From an uncultured delta proteobacterium (lineage in GTDB: Bacteria; Desulfobacterota; BSN033; UBA1163): a stretch of DNA of 64,000 bases. The stretch covers positions 128,001 through 192,000 of the forward strand of contig CAVPSJ010000008.1 of the NCBI GenBank assembly GCA_963708295.1, given 5' to 3'. The notes below the pieces were generated by a model. The model did no database searches. It was not told the origin of the DNA and worked only from the letters and a program-made list of their open reading frames with translations. Positions 52,001 through 62,284 of this stretch are shown here, one piece after another; the stretch's first letter is position 1, and the number at the start of each line of letters is the position of its first letter. Position numbers and translations under genes: made by a program.

Positions 52001-53880
52001 TGAGCCACCTTTTGAAGATTGAATATCTTGTGATCTTCCTGATCGAAGAAAATACAAGAAGGTTGAAGCCTTATACTTCCTCGGAAAGCCGTCGTCATCA
52101 TATCGAGTTTATCGAAGGTCTCGGGCTGAGCATCGGTGTAGGCATTTCTGGCTGGGTGGCTCAAGAAGGTGAGCCTCTTCTCGTGAATAATGTGAAAGAA
52201 GATAGAAGGTATGTCTGTGGCGATGAGGCGATCTGCTCCGAAATGTGTGTTCCTCTAAGGGTGGGGTCTCATGTCATTGGAGTGATCGATGTACAAAGCA
52301 GTGAAGAAAATGCTTTTTCCGAGGACGACCTGCGCTTGCTCAACGTCGTCGGAGGGCAAATCGCTACGGTCATCGAAAATATCCGTCTACGGGATGAGAT
52401 TAGGGAGTCAGAAGAGAAATACAGAACGGTCGTTGAGACCGCCCTGGATGGCGTCTGCGCCTTGGGGGGGGATTACCGGCTTAAGTTTGTTAATCAGAAG
52501 TTCTCGGAAATTCTGGGTTATACAAGGGGGGAATTGCTCAACACGGATTTCCGGGATTTTCTGGATGAAGAAAGCCGTAGGGTCGTGGCTGAACGGGAGG
52601 AGGAACAAAAGAAGGGAATGGAATTATCTCCCCACTTTGAGGCAAGGATCATTCGTAAAGATGGTGGGATGAGGGTTGCGGAAATCAGTGCCCGGATGAT
52701 AAGCGATTCGAAAGGGGAGGTGAACACCATCGTCATCCTGAAAGACGTCACCGAAAGGAAAAAGATGGAGGAAGAGTTGTTCCGGGCTGAAAAACTCGGG
52801 GCCATCGCCGAAATGGCAAGTGGCGTCGCCCATGATTTCAACAACGCCTTAGCGGCCATTCTCGGAAATACTCAACTCTTGCTTTATTCCGCGCAAGAGG
52901 GGGAGGCAAAGGAAACCCTGAAGACGATCGAGAAGGTGGCGAAGGACAGCAGCCAGACGGTCCGGCGACTTCAGGACTTTACGAAGAAGAGAGTTCGTCA
53001 GGAACTTTCCAGCGTGGATGTGAACTCCGTCATGAAGGATTCGATTGAGATTACGAAACCGAAGTGGAAGGATGAGGCCCAAAGCAAAGGGGTTTCTATC
53101 GAAATCGTCTCAACGTTTGAAGAAATCCCCCCTGTATCGGGAAATGACTCTGAACTGAGGGGTGTGTTCACCAACATGATCCTGAATGCCATCGAGGCGA
53201 TGCCAGAGGGGGGAAAGATCGAAATCTCCACGTTTAAGAAGAAGAAGGATGTGATCATCCAGATTTCGGATACAGGCGTCGGGATCGCTGAGGAGGCAAA
53301 AAAGAAGATTTTTGAACCGTTTTTTACGACGAAGCCCTTCACGAATACGGGGTTGGGGTTAAGTATGTCCTACGGGATCATCAAAAGGTTTGGAGGAGAG
53401 ATCGAGGTCGTGAGCGAACCGGGGTACGGAGCAACTTTCACCATCATTTTGCCGTCTGGAGAAGCTGAAAAAGACGAAGCCGTATCACCGCAAGGGATCA
53501 AACAAGGAAAGCAAGCCCGTATCCTCGTGATCGATGACGAGGAGGTTGTCCGGAGCGTCCTTTCTCGCACGCTCGTCAACGTCAACCATCAGGTGACGCT
53601 GGCGGCGAATGGGGAAAAGGGTGTTCAGATCTTTAAAGAGGGAAAATTTGATATGGTTCTCACCGACTTGGGAATGCCCGGGATGTCGGGTTGGGAGGTA
53701 TGCCGGACGATTAAACAGATAAGCCCTGACACGCCCGTAGGAATGATTACAGGATGGGGGGCGGAGATGGACCAAGGCAAAATGGAGGAGTACGGTCTTG
53801 ATTTTCTTCTCCCCAAGCCCTTCGATTTGAACCAAATATTGAACGTGGTGGCCGAAACGATGGAATCCAGGAAGGGATGA
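49063..53880 (+). CDS. Large hybrid sensor histidine kinase (Cache-HAMP-PAS-GAF-PAS-GAF-GAF-PAS-HisKA-HATPase-REC)
   Basis: Two TM segments, YLIAHPD Cache motif, DELGALTESFNKM HAMP, GVAHDFNN, DTGVG, FFTTK, REC ILVIDDE...TDLGMPGMSG. Confidence 0.92.
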   Translation: MRNEMLGRIDKSLRLKWMFFSILLSTLPLVIASYSIIQIHQKNLRQSVITTEKDKADMVAGRTRSYFEKIRSNLCSLSIDEHFRQGGAPEHIERLLKDFLYQNDSLSELCLLDEKGKERIKVSKYNVFKPSDLRDQSRTDMFQTASNLRTYYGDLKLINEVVPSMVIAVPIQGYQRRPASVLSAEMDLRYLWNVIAQTRIGEKGITYVVDREGYLIAHPDTEHVATRTKINLRHLPMVARAIAGEEGNLEFEDSAGERYLVVFKPIKELGWGVIAQVPVEEAYEPVQQVAKSALKWVFIALAVALIISFLATRKYSHPIKQLAQEMGEVAKGNLDVYVKPATKDELGALTESFNKMTQDLKGSREALKETEERYRRVFEDSKDMLFMTSVDGKIAEVNQAGVNLLGYGSKEELTQAYARDTYFDPEDQKRLVKRVREEGFVKDFEVKLRRKDGSPIDVLATVNARREDSGRIEGYEGTLKDISDRRKMEEELVQRTRELEALNEMGALINQTLETDKVLPIALEKAVNLTGYEMGGIHLVNEVERTFELKHHYKHSSRLAEMAKVLKYGEGVAGRAVLLKQPVLFSVEDHPASQLTPVLKEEGVQTVLAFPLLGKGKVVGAITLLSRICRDLSQREVHLLESIGNQVGFALVNAKLFSDVARAKSEWETTFDSVTDLLTIRDKDYRILLANKAALDRFGLKPEELVGKKCYEVFRHSDKPCAGCYVSETIMTKSPVSVELESQYLKGIFRFNTFPIFGQAGDLIGVVEMAKEITEEKRLETEKDVVNNVNKILASSLDVKQMIQAVHSELKRVLECERMGVTLFDDEKKGFHFFLLSKEFESARLVPGIVYPQKGARFDKVVETGLPLIVPDTAGSDCWTDQELLKEGIHSCLLFPLEYKGRIIGTMNFGSRKVNHFSEASFDLLRQIASGVAISVQNALLFEEIRKRLDESTILYEITKISSLASLNMDQMLTEIAENLSHLLKIEYLVIFLIEENTRRLKPYTSSESRRHHIEFIEGLGLSIGVGISGWVAQEGEPLLVNNVKEDRRYVCGDEAICSEMCVPLRVGSHVIGVIDVQSSEENAFSEDDLRLLNVVGGQIATVIENIRLRDEIRESEEKYRTVVETALDGVCALGGDYRLKFVNQKFSEILGYTRGELLNTDFRDFLDEESRRVVAEREEEQKKGMELSPHFEARIIRKDGGMRVAEISARMISDSKGEVNTIVILKDVTERKKMEEELFRAEKLGAIAEMASGVAHDFNNALAAILGNTQLLLYSAQEGEAKETLKTIEKVAKDSSQTVRRLQDFTKKRVRQELSSVDVNSVMKDSIEITKPKWKDEAQSKGVSIEIVSTFEEIPPVSGNDSELRGVFTNMILNAIEAMPEGGKIEISTFKKKKDVIIQISDTGVGIAEEAKKKIFEPFFTTKPFTNTGLGLSMSYGIIKRFGGEIEVVSEPGYGATFTIILPSGEAEKDEAVSPQGIKQGKQARILVIDDEEVVRSVLSRTLVNVNHQVTLAANGEKGVQIFKEGKFDMVLTDLGMPGMSGWEVCRTIKQISPDTPVGMITGWGAEMDQGKMEEYGLDFLLPKPFDLNQILNVVAETMESRKG

Positions 53881-54239
53881 TTCCAGTATTCGCGATTTCT
53901 TCCCGAGTGATCTCAGCAGCCTTTTATCCTTGATTCGGCGGATGACCTCAAACATACGCCCCTGGGAAGCCCCTCCATCATAACGTCGTCTCATCGATAA
54001 GACGTCCTTCCTCAGAATCTTTCCTGTTCAAACTTCGACAGCCCGAACCCGATTCTTTGAAATCAGGTTTACCGCAGGGCGAGATTGGTTAAATTCTCCA
54101 CCGCCTCAGCAGTTGCGGTGAGAACCCATCTTGGGTAGGCATGTCCGCCCCTTAAGAGAAAAAGGTGGGGAGGGTCGAGGGAGCTGAAGAGTTGATACAT
54201 TCGACAGCGCTAAACCCGATTTTTAAATCGGGGAAGGAC

Positions 54240-54358
54240 GCCGCTTCCATCGACAAGCCTTTCGACAAGCTCAAGGCCGTGAATCTATCGAACGGCTCAC
54301 GGTCCTGAGTCTACCGAAGGGTTCACCATCCCTTAAGCCATTCCGAGCGAAGTCGAGA
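54240..54358. repeat. REP-like TCGACAAGCTC.../...GAGCGAAGTCGA cluster (nested)
   Basis: TCGACAAGC twice, CCTGAGTCTACCGAAGG, CCGAGCGAAGTCGAG; a related unit occurs at about 9848 (CCCTTCGATTTCACTCAGGG). Confidence 0.55.
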
Positions 54359-54450
54359 GACAGACCGGAGAATCGGATGGGTTGATTTTTGCCTGGTTTT
54401 ATAATAAATAAATCCATATCCATCGACACCCATGAAAGGAGGGTTTATTT

Positions 54451-55620
54451 ATGAAAAGAGGGGGTTTTCTTTCTGGTATTCTGGTTTTTTTATTTCTTTT
54501 TCTCGGTCTTTCCGCTTACGGACAGGATATTCCTATCGGATTCTTCGCGCCCATCACCGGACCAGCAGCCGCTGACGGCGCAAGCGCCAAGCATGCCGTA
54601 GAATTGGGCTTGAAAGAGGTAAACGACGGGGGCGGGATTAACGGAAGAAAAGTGAATTTAATCATCTATGACGACCGGTTGAACCCACAGGAAGCCGTTG
54701 CCATTGCAAACAAGCTGATCGAGAAGGACAAAGTCGTTGGCGTGGTCAGCGGTGCCTACAGCGGGCCGACCCGAGTCACCGCCCCTATTTTTCAGAAGGC
54801 CGGAATGCCCATGGTCGCGGGTTATGCGGTTCATCCGGACGTCACCTGGGATCCGAAGGAAAAGAAGCCGAACGATTTTTGTTTTCGCAACGGTTTCCTC
54901 GGCGAGATCGAGGGAGCGGCAGCTGCTGAATTTGCAGTCAAGAATTTAAAGGCCAAGAAAATAGCTCTCATTTTTATGGACAATGACTTCGGGAGAGCCA
55001 TCTCTTCGGGCTTTGCCGAAAGAGCGGAAAAACTGGGTGCAAAGGTCCTCACCAAGCAGATGTATAAATTCCCGGGAGAAAAAGATTTTCGTCCTTTTCT
55101 CACTCGAATCAAGGAAGGAAACCCGGATGTCATCTTCGCGGCAGGATATTACAACGAAGCCGCCTCGATTGTAAGGCAGGCCAAAGAGCTCGGAATCAAG
55201 AGTCAGATCCTGGGTGAGGAAGGTTTTGATTCCCCCAAGTTCCTGGAAATCGCCGGGCCAGCCGCAGAAGGTGTGATCATTGCGACCAATCTTGACCGGG
55301 ATGACCCTCGGCCGCTGGTTCAAACCTTCCTGAAGAATTACCGAACCGCCTATAATGAAGATGCGGACATGGTCGGCGCCTCCAGCTATGATGCTTTTAT
55401 GATTCTTGTTAACGCAATCCGAAAAGCCGGGACAGACCCCAAGGCCATTCAGAAGGCCTTGCTCGAAACCAAAGACTATAATGGTCTGACAGGAAAGATC
55501 AGCCGCTTTGTCCAGGGCGAAGTAGTCAAACCAGTCCAGATTCAGGTGGTTAAAGGCGGAAAGTTCCGTCGGCTTGGCGTGGTCGATAACCCAGAGGTGA
55601 TTACCCCGCCTACAAAATAG
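54451..55620 (+). CDS. livK: Branched-chain amino acid-type ABC substrate-binding protein
   Basis: IGFFAPITGPAA, NDGGGINGRK, YDD, NDFG, YDAF, GLTG. Confidence 0.88.
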   Translation: MKRGGFLSGILVFLFLFLGLSAYGQDIPIGFFAPITGPAAADGASAKHAVELGLKEVNDGGGINGRKVNLIIYDDRLNPQEAVAIANKLIEKDKVVGVVSGAYSGPTRVTAPIFQKAGMPMVAGYAVHPDVTWDPKEKKPNDFCFRNGFLGEIEGAAAAEFAVKNLKAKKIALIFMDNDFGRAISSGFAERAEKLGAKVLTKQMYKFPGEKDFRPFLTRIKEGNPDVIFAAGYYNEAASIVRQAKELGIKSQILGEEGFDSPKFLEIAGPAAEGVIIATNLDRDDPRPLVQTFLKNYRTAYNEDADMVGASSYDAFMILVNAIRKAGTDPKAIQKALLETKDYNGLTGKISRFVQGEVVKPVQIQVVKGGKFRRLGVVDNPEVITPPTK

Positions 55621-55745
55621 GCAAGTAGTGATCAGTAATCAGTGCATTAGTTCAGATCATCCCTTCCCCTTTCTCATCTTAGAAGGGAAGGGGATGATCT
55701 TGTGTTCTGATGACTGTTAACTGATCACTGATTACTGGATTTAAG

Positions 55746-56603
55746 ATGCTCTGGCAACAACTCGCTAACGGAATTGCCATAGGCAGCGTCTATGCTCTGA
55801 TTTCTCTCGGGCTGACGATGGTCTATGGAATTCTGCGAATTCTTCACGTTGCCCATGCCGGCATTTACGCCCTGGGGGCTTATGTCGGTCTCCTCTCTTT
55901 TCGGCTCGTTGGCAACTTCTGGCTCTCTCTCATCATCGGTATGGCAGGAGCCGCCGTTGCCGGATTTCTTGTAGAACGGTTTTTATACACGCCGCTCCTC
56001 CATCTGCCAAGAATTGCTCCTCTCATCGTGTCGATCGGCCTCTTCACCGCCATGGAGGAAGCCTTTCGCATTGTCGCGGGACCCCATACGCTGGCGTACA
56101 ACGCCCGTGTCGGGCTGGGTGATCTTTCGGTCGGCAGCTTCCATCTGACAGAAACCCAGATTCTTATCCTCTTTCTTACGTTGGCGATCTTAATTTTTCT
56201 CTGGGCCTTCCTCGCCAAGACCCGCACCGGATTGGCGATGCGGGCCTGCGCCCAGGACCCTGAAACGACCTCGGCATTCGGTGTGAACGTGAGCGCGGTC
56301 ATTGCTGTGAACTTCCTGATCGGTTCGGCTATGGCCGGTGCGGCAGGAGTTCTGATCGGGGTCTACGATAACCAGGTGTGGCCCACCATGGGCAGCATCC
56401 CGGCCTATAAGGCCCTGGCCATTGTTGTTCTCGGGGGGCTTGGAAATATTCCAGGAACGGTGCTTGCATCGATCGTGGTCGGATTGGCGGAGACGTTCTT
56501 CATAGGGGTCTTGGCCGTTCCTTTCCCGAGGGATGCCGTCGCTTTCGTGGCCATGATTATCGTTTTAATGTTTAAGCCCTATGGACTGTTGGGAAAGGCA
56601 TAG
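55746..56603 (+). CDS. livH: Liv-type ABC permease
   Basis: GSVYALISLGLTMVYG, TRTGLAMRA, VLGGLGNIPG. Confidence 0.92.
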   Translation: MLWQQLANGIAIGSVYALISLGLTMVYGILRILHVAHAGIYALGAYVGLLSFRLVGNFWLSLIIGMAGAAVAGFLVERFLYTPLLHLPRIAPLIVSIGLFTAMEEAFRIVAGPHTLAYNARVGLGDLSVGSFHLTETQILILFLTLAILIFLWAFLAKTRTGLAMRACAQDPETTSAFGVNVSAVIAVNFLIGSAMAGAAGVLIGVYDNQVWPTMGSIPAYKALAIVVLGGLGNIPGTVLASIVVGLAETFFIGVLAVPFPRDAVAFVAMIIVLMFKPYGLLGKA

Positions 56604-56696
56604 CCCCGGGGATGGGTCATCTTAATGCCAGGACATCAGACAAAAGCTTTCTTGATACCCGGGTTGCCTTGATTTCCTGATGCCCTCAAGAGTTTT

Positions 56697-57590
56697 ATGA
56701 TCAGCGGATATCTTCTCACCATTCTCATCACCATCGTCATCTATGCCATGTTGGCCCATAGTCTCAACATCATCACTGGTCATGCAGGACAAATCTCCCT
56801 CGGTCACGCCTCTTTCTTCGGCATCGGCGCCTATACATCGGCCATGCTCTATACGGAGGCCGGGTTCCCGTTTTGGATCTCCGTTCCCATGGCTGCGGTT
56901 GCGGCGGGGATCGTTGGAGCCTTGCTGGGAATCCCTTGTTTACGCGTCCGCGACGACTTTTTGGCTATCACGACGATGGGCATTAATTTTGTTGTGGAAG
57001 CCATTTTCCTCTATCTTCCGTTCTTCGGCGGTGCGATGGGTATTGGAGGAATCAACCTTCCCAGATGGTTTGGACGTGAGATGACCAAGCCCGAGTATTT
57101 CATTCTCATTCTTGTCGTCTTCGGCCTTCTGCTCGTGCTGGATCGTCGAATGGGACGTTCATGGATTGGATTGGCCTGGGCCTCGATCCGAGAAGATGAA
57201 CAGGCTGCGGGGGCAATGGGAGTGGATGTGGTCCGTTTTAAAGTGTTGGCCTTTATTCTTGGCAGTGCCATTGCCGGGCTGGCCGGAGGATTTTATGCCC
57301 ACTTTTTAACCTTCATCATGCCCCAGAATTTCGGGTTCGGTCAATCCATCGTCATTCTTTCGATGGTGGTCTTCGGCGGAATCGGGAGCCGCTGGGGTCC
57401 GATCGTCGGAGCCATCATTCTGGGGATTCTGCCGGAGGTCTCCAGACCCATCATGGAGTACCGGATCTTGATCTACGGAATTCTTCTCCTGGGCATGATG
57501 CGTTTCCAGCCCGGCGGCCTCTTGGGTCCTGAATCGATTCTTCCGAGAATTCTCCGGCGTTCTGTCTATGGCCTGCGCGGCCAGGAGTAG
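56697..57590 (+). CDS. livM: Liv-type ABC permease
   Basis: GHAGQISLGHASFFGIGAY, IREDEQAA, VFGGIGS. Confidence 0.92.
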   Translation: MISGYLLTILITIVIYAMLAHSLNIITGHAGQISLGHASFFGIGAYTSAMLYTEAGFPFWISVPMAAVAAGIVGALLGIPCLRVRDDFLAITTMGINFVVEAIFLYLPFFGGAMGIGGINLPRWFGREMTKPEYFILILVVFGLLLVLDRRMGRSWIGLAWASIREDEQAAGAMGVDVVRFKVLAFILGSAIAGLAGGFYAHFLTFIMPQNFGFGQSIVILSMVVFGGIGSRWGPIVGAIILGILPEVSRPIMEYRILIYGILLLGMMRFQPGGLLGPESILPRILRRSVYGLRGQE

Positions 57591-57596
57591 AAATCC

Positions 57597-58343
57597 ATGT
57601 CTCTATTGGAAGTGAGGGCTCTGAGTAAGGAATTCGGCGGCCTGCGTGCCCTGGAGGGGGTAAGTTTTGCTGCTGAGGAAGGCGAGATCCTGGGGATCAT
57701 CGGCCCCAATGGAGCAGGCAAGACGACCCTCTTCAATCTTATTTCAGGCGTCTACGCCCCTTCAAGCGGAGAAATGATCTTTCAAGGTGAGTCGATTCTT
57801 CGTCTGAAGCCACACCAGATCAGTCGCCTGGGCATCGGTCGAACTTTTCAAATTGTCCGCCCCTTCCAGAATTTGGATGTTGAGACCAATGTCCTGGTAG
57901 CCCTTGGACATCGTTACTATCCTTCTCTCTGGAAATCCAGTGCGCCCTATAGGCAACCCGGGATCCTCGAGGAGGTTCAGGCCCTCATCGAGAGAGCCGG
58001 CCTCCGGCCCTATACGAACCAGTTGGCCAAAAATCTTCCCCTCGGTTTTAAGAAGCGTCTCGAAATTGCCCGTGCCCTCGCACTCGGCCCGCGTCTCCTC
58101 CTGCTGGATGAACCCTCTGCCGGTTTGCGTTTTGAAGAATCCACGCAGCTCATGGAGCTGATTCGTCAGGTGCTGGAACAAGGCATTGGCGTCCTCCTGA
58201 TCGAGCATAACATGCAGGTTGTCATGGACCTTTGCAAGCGGATCGTGGTTCTGGATCACGGCTCAAAGATTGCGGAAGGCTCTCCCGAGGAGATTCGCTC
58301 AAACCCCCTGGTCATCCAGGCCTATCTGGGAAAGGAGACATAA
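57597..58343 (+). CDS. livG: Liv-type ABC ATPase
   Basis: GPNGAGKTT, RTFQ, LLDEP, IEHNM, AYLG. Confidence 0.93.
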   Translation: MSLLEVRALSKEFGGLRALEGVSFAAEEGEILGIIGPNGAGKTTLFNLISGVYAPSSGEMIFQGESILRLKPHQISRLGIGRTFQIVRPFQNLDVETNVLVALGHRYYPSLWKSSAPYRQPGILEEVQALIERAGLRPYTNQLAKNLPLGFKKRLEIARALALGPRLLLLDEPSAGLRFEESTQLMELIRQVLEQGIGVLLIEHNMQVVMDLCKRIVVLDHGSKIAEGSPEEIRSNPLVIQAYLGKET

Positions 58344-59051
58344 ATGCTGGAAGCCCGTGAGATGGAGGTTTCTTACGGCGAGTTTTTGGCCCTGAGGGGG
58401 ATAAACTTCACCGTCAAGGAAGGAGAGCTGGTGACCATCATCGGAGCCAACGGTGCGGGCAAAAGCACGATCCTTCGGGCGGTGATGGGTCTGGTGAGGT
58501 GCCGGAAAGGAGCAATCTTCTTCCGAGGCGAAAATATTACGCTGAGTCCTCCTCATCGCCGGGCTCGTTTGGGCATCGGTCTTGTCCCAGAAGGAAGAAA
58601 AATTTTTCCCGACCTAACCGTGGCTGAAAACCTCATCATGGGAGCCTACGTTCAGGAGGACAGGAAGGCGATCCCGTCCCGTATGGAAGAGGCTTTTGGC
58701 CTTTTTCCCGTTTTAAAAGAGAGACGGAGTCAGGTCGGCAAAACGTTGAGCGGCGGAGAACAACAGATGCTGGCCATCGCGCGGGCCTTGATGTCCGGGC
58801 CCCGGGTGATTCTGATGGATGAGGTGTCCTTAGGGTTGATGCCCATTTATGTCGAGGAAACCTTTAAAGTCATCCAAAACCTACACCAGCAAGGAGTGAC
58901 CATTCTGCTCGTGGAGCAAAACGCCCGCAAAGCCCTTGCTGCGGCGGATCGGGGGTACGTGCTCGAAACGGGCGAGATTGTCCTGAGTGATCGGGCTGAG
59001 AAATTGGCCCTGAATCCCCGAGTCAAGAAAGCCTACCTGGGCGGAGCGTGA
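58344..59051 (+). CDS. livF: Liv-type ABC ATPase
   Basis: GANGAGKS, VPEGR, LSGGEQQM, VEQN. Confidence 0.93.
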   Translation: MLEAREMEVSYGEFLALRGINFTVKEGELVTIIGANGAGKSTILRAVMGLVRCRKGAIFFRGENITLSPPHRRARLGIGLVPEGRKIFPDLTVAENLIMGAYVQEDRKAIPSRMEEAFGLFPVLKERRSQVGKTLSGGEQQMLAIARALMSGPRVILMDEVSLGLMPIYVEETFKVIQNLHQQGVTILLVEQNARKALAAADRGYVLETGEIVLSDRAEKLALNPRVKKAYLGGA

Positions 59052-59101
59052 GACACGGAGGGGTTATCATGGGAAGTTGTTAGGAACGACGAGGTGAGAA
59101 C

Positions 59102-60820
59102 ATGGAGAAGAAAAAAGCAAAAGTAAAGGTCAGGGAGAAGGCGGAGACACTGACGGGCATTCAGGTCGGGATCAAGGCGCCTCGAGGATCGAAAATCACC
59201 TGCAAGACCTGGCAGACGGAGGCCGCTTTAAGAATGTTGATGAATAACCTCGATTCAGAAGTGGCTGAAAAACCGGCCGAACTCATCGTCTACGGGGGGT
59301 CCGGCAAAGCGGCCAGAAACTGGGAGGCGTACCATTCGATAGTTGAATGTCTGAGGAATTTAGAAAAGGATGAAACGTTGCTCGTCCAATCGGGCAAACC
59401 CGTTGGGATCTTTAAAACCCACGCGGATGCCCCCCGGGTTTTGATTTCAAACGCGATGTTGGTTCCCCATTGGGCCAACTGGGAGAAGTTCAGGGAGTTG
59501 GAAGAGTTGGGGCTTACGATGTACGGCCAGATGACGGCGGGAAGCTGGATCTATATCGGAACCCAGGGGATCCTTCAGGGGACGTATGAAACCTTTGGCT
59601 CGGCGGCGAAGAAACACTTTGGAGGGTCACTCAGAGGGAGACTCATCCTTTCAGCGGGCCTTGGAGGAATGGGGGGAGCTCAGCCTCTGGCGGCCACGCT
59701 GAACGAAGGGGTTTTTTTAGGCGTGGAGGTTGATCCGGCAAGGATGAAACGCCGCCTCGAGACAGGATATCTGGATGTGATAGTGGATCGTTTGGAAGAT
59801 GCCCTTATCCTGGCTTTAGGGGCGAAAGAGAAGGGGATGCCAAAATCCATCGGCCTCGTAGGGAATGCCGCAGAGGTTCATCCGGAGATCGTGAAGCGGG
59901 GCATTATTCCCGACCTGGTCACAGACCAGACATCAGCCCATGATGCGTTAAACGGGTACGTTCCTGCCGGGATCACTCTTGATGAGGCCATTAAACTTCG
60001 AAGGAAAGAACCGCAGACCTATATCCGTCGAGCGATGGAGTCCATGGCCGTTCATGTTCAGGCGATGCTGGAATTGCAAAAGAAGGGATCGGTTGTCTTT
60101 GATTACGGTAACAATATTCGGGCCCAGGCATTCCAGGCGGGAGTAAAAGAGGCATTTCATTATCCCGGATTTGTTCCTGCCTTTATCCGGCCTCTCTTCT
60201 GCGAAGGCAAGGGACCCTTCCGCTGGGCTGCCCTGTCGGGAGATCCGGAGGATATCTATCGAACGGATGATGCGATCCTGAAGGAGTTTCCCGACGATGT
60301 CTCTCTCGCGAGATGGATTCGATTGGCAAGGGAGAAGGTAAGATTCCAGGGACTCCCGGCCAGGATCTGCTGGCTGGGATACGGCCAGAGGGCGAGGATC
60401 GGAAAAGTCTTCAACACGATGGTTACCAAGGGGAAACTCAAGGCACCGATTGTGATCGGAAGAGACCATCTCGACAGCGGTTCGGTCGCTTCTCCCTATC
60501 GTGAGACAGAGGGGATGAGGGACGGAAGCGATGCCATTGCAGACTGGCCTATTTTGAATGCCCTTCTCAACGTGGCTTCCGGAGCGACTTGGGTGTCTGT
60601 TCACCACGGCGGGGGCGTGGGGATCGGTTACTCCATCCATGCCGGGATGGTGGTTGTCGCCGATGGAACAAAGGATGCGGAAAGAAGGCTGCTGCGGGTT
60701 TTGACGACAGATCCCGGGACCGGCGTGATGCGTCATGCAGACGCGGGATATGAAGAAGCGATTCAAACCGCGAAAGAGAAGGGGATTAAAATCCCGGGGG
60801 TGACGATCTACCAACGGTAG
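59102..60820 (+). CDS. hutU: Urocanate hydratase
   Basis: [48 protein letters not shown]. Confidence 0.97.
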   Translation: MEKKKAKVKVREKAETLTGIQVGIKAPRGSKITCKTWQTEAALRMLMNNLDSEVAEKPAELIVYGGSGKAARNWEAYHSIVECLRNLEKDETLLVQSGKPVGIFKTHADAPRVLISNAMLVPHWANWEKFRELEELGLTMYGQMTAGSWIYIGTQGILQGTYETFGSAAKKHFGGSLRGRLILSAGLGGMGGAQPLAATLNEGVFLGVEVDPARMKRRLETGYLDVIVDRLEDALILALGAKEKGMPKSIGLVGNAAEVHPEIVKRGIIPDLVTDQTSAHDALNGYVPAGITLDEAIKLRRKEPQTYIRRAMESMAVHVQAMLELQKKGSVVFDYGNNIRAQAFQAGVKEAFHYPGFVPAFIRPLFCEGKGPFRWAALSGDPEDIYRTDDAILKEFPDDVSLARWIRLAREKVRFQGLPARICWLGYGQRARIGKVFNTMVTKGKLKAPIVIGRDHLDSGSVASPYRETEGMRDGSDAIADWPILNALLNVASGATWVSVHHGGGVGIGYSIHAGMVVVADGTKDAERRLLRVLTTDPGTGVMRHADAGYEEAIQTAKEKGIKIPGVTIYQR

Positions 60821-61315
60821 TTCATATCCCGGGTTCTATGGGCAAAAAGCAACAGGCGATGGAGGCATCTCCAAATCCGTGATAGAAGCTTTTCCTTTTT
60901 ATAACTGACCAGAGTTGGCCGCGACTCCATGACGGAATAGGCGGTCAGGATCCGAAGATCTAGGGCGGAAACCTTTTATCAGCCAGCCACTACGGTAAAC
61001 ACCCATAAAGAGATTGTATTTGTAAGAAGCTCGATTGCCCATAACTCTAAAAGACCGCACCCTAAAGCTAAGGAGCCTGAGTGCCTGTTCCGCCTGTATC
61101 GTCCCTTCATGAATGGTTGCAACACAGTCTCCTGAGGGAGAGGGAACACGGTTTTCAAGGGGGAGAGGGGAACATTCCATGGTTGTCGCGGGAAAAGAGA
61201 TGCTCCTATAGGAAATAAACGATTTGATTTCCTCGAGGGTATGTGATAATAGTTTCAAGTATTTTGTGGAATCCGAAAAGGTTCCCAGATTAATCCTTTG
61301 AAGGAGGGGATGGAT

Positions 61316-62281
61316 ATGAAGAAGAGTTTAGTCGCAGGGGTGATGGTTCTTGCATTTTTAGCGGCGGGTTCTGCATTCGGTGCCGAACCGATCAAGCTGG
61401 GGATGTCTACCTGGCTCGGGTACGCGCCCTTATATCTGGCCAAAGAAAAAGGGTTTTTTAGTAAGCGGGGAGTGGAAGTGGAAGTGGTCGTCATCGAAAG
61501 CCCTGCAGATCGAAGAGCGGCATTTGCTGCGGACAAGATTCAGGGAATGGCGACGACCGTGGACACGCACGTGATGACCACAGCCGCTGAAAACCCGATT
61601 CCGGTAAAACAGGTCCTGGCCCTCGACGATTCCCATGGGGGCGACGGCATGGTGGCAAAAAAGGAGATTAAGACGATCAAAGACCTGAAGGGGAAGACCG
61701 TCGCTGCTCAGCTCGGCGCAGGGGCAAGCTATTTCTGGCTGAACTATGTCCTGGCACAGAATGGGATGAAGCTTAGCGATCTCAAGGCCATCGATATGAA
61801 GGCAGGCGATGCGGGCTCGGCCTTTGTGGCCGGCAAGGTGGACGCCGCCGTGACGTGGGAACCCTGGCTCTCGAAGGCCAAGGAGACCCCCTTCGGCCAC
61901 GTCCTGCTTTCAAGCGATAAGACCCCCGGGATTATCGTGGACTCCCTGGCTTTCAAGCCCGAATTCTTGAAGAAACGCGGGGCGGATGTGAAGAAGATTG
62001 TCGCCGGATGGTATGAGGCGGTCAAGTTTGCTTCCGAGAATCCAAAGGAAGCGGATGCGATCATGGCAAAATTTACAGGCCAGAAGCCCGAGGAATTCAC
62101 AAAAGATAAGACAGGGGTCCGGTTCTATGGCGTAAACGAAAATAAAGATTACTTTGGAACGCCACAAAAGCCCGGCCTCCTCTATACCGTGACCCAACGC
62201 GCGGCAGATTTCTGGTTTGAATTGAAGTTGATCAAGACCAAACCAAAGGCAGCCGATTTGATCGATGGGTCATTCCTTTAG
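61316..62281 (+). CDS. NitT/TauT-family ABC substrate-binding protein
   Basis: WLGYAPLYLAKEKGFF, DDSHGGDG, DAAVTWEPW. Confidence 0.9.
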   Translation: MKKSLVAGVMVLAFLAAGSAFGAEPIKLGMSTWLGYAPLYLAKEKGFFSKRGVEVEVVVIESPADRRAAFAADKIQGMATTVDTHVMTTAAENPIPVKQVLALDDSHGGDGMVAKKEIKTIKDLKGKTVAAQLGAGASYFWLNYVLAQNGMKLSDLKAIDMKAGDAGSAFVAGKVDAAVTWEPWLSKAKETPFGHVLLSSDKTPGIIVDSLAFKPEFLKKRGADVKKIVAGWYEAVKFASENPKEADAIMAKFTGQKPEEFTKDKTGVRFYGVNENKDYFGTPQKPGLLYTVTQRAADFWFELKLIKTKPKAADLIDGSFL

Positions 62282-62284
62282 CCG

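Noticed and set aside
61040-61200. c-di-GMP or guanidine riboswitch upstream of the NitT/TauT ABC genes
   Set aside because: Only fragments (AAAGCTAAGG) match; the GAAA-capped P1 and the ykkC 3' motif are not present.
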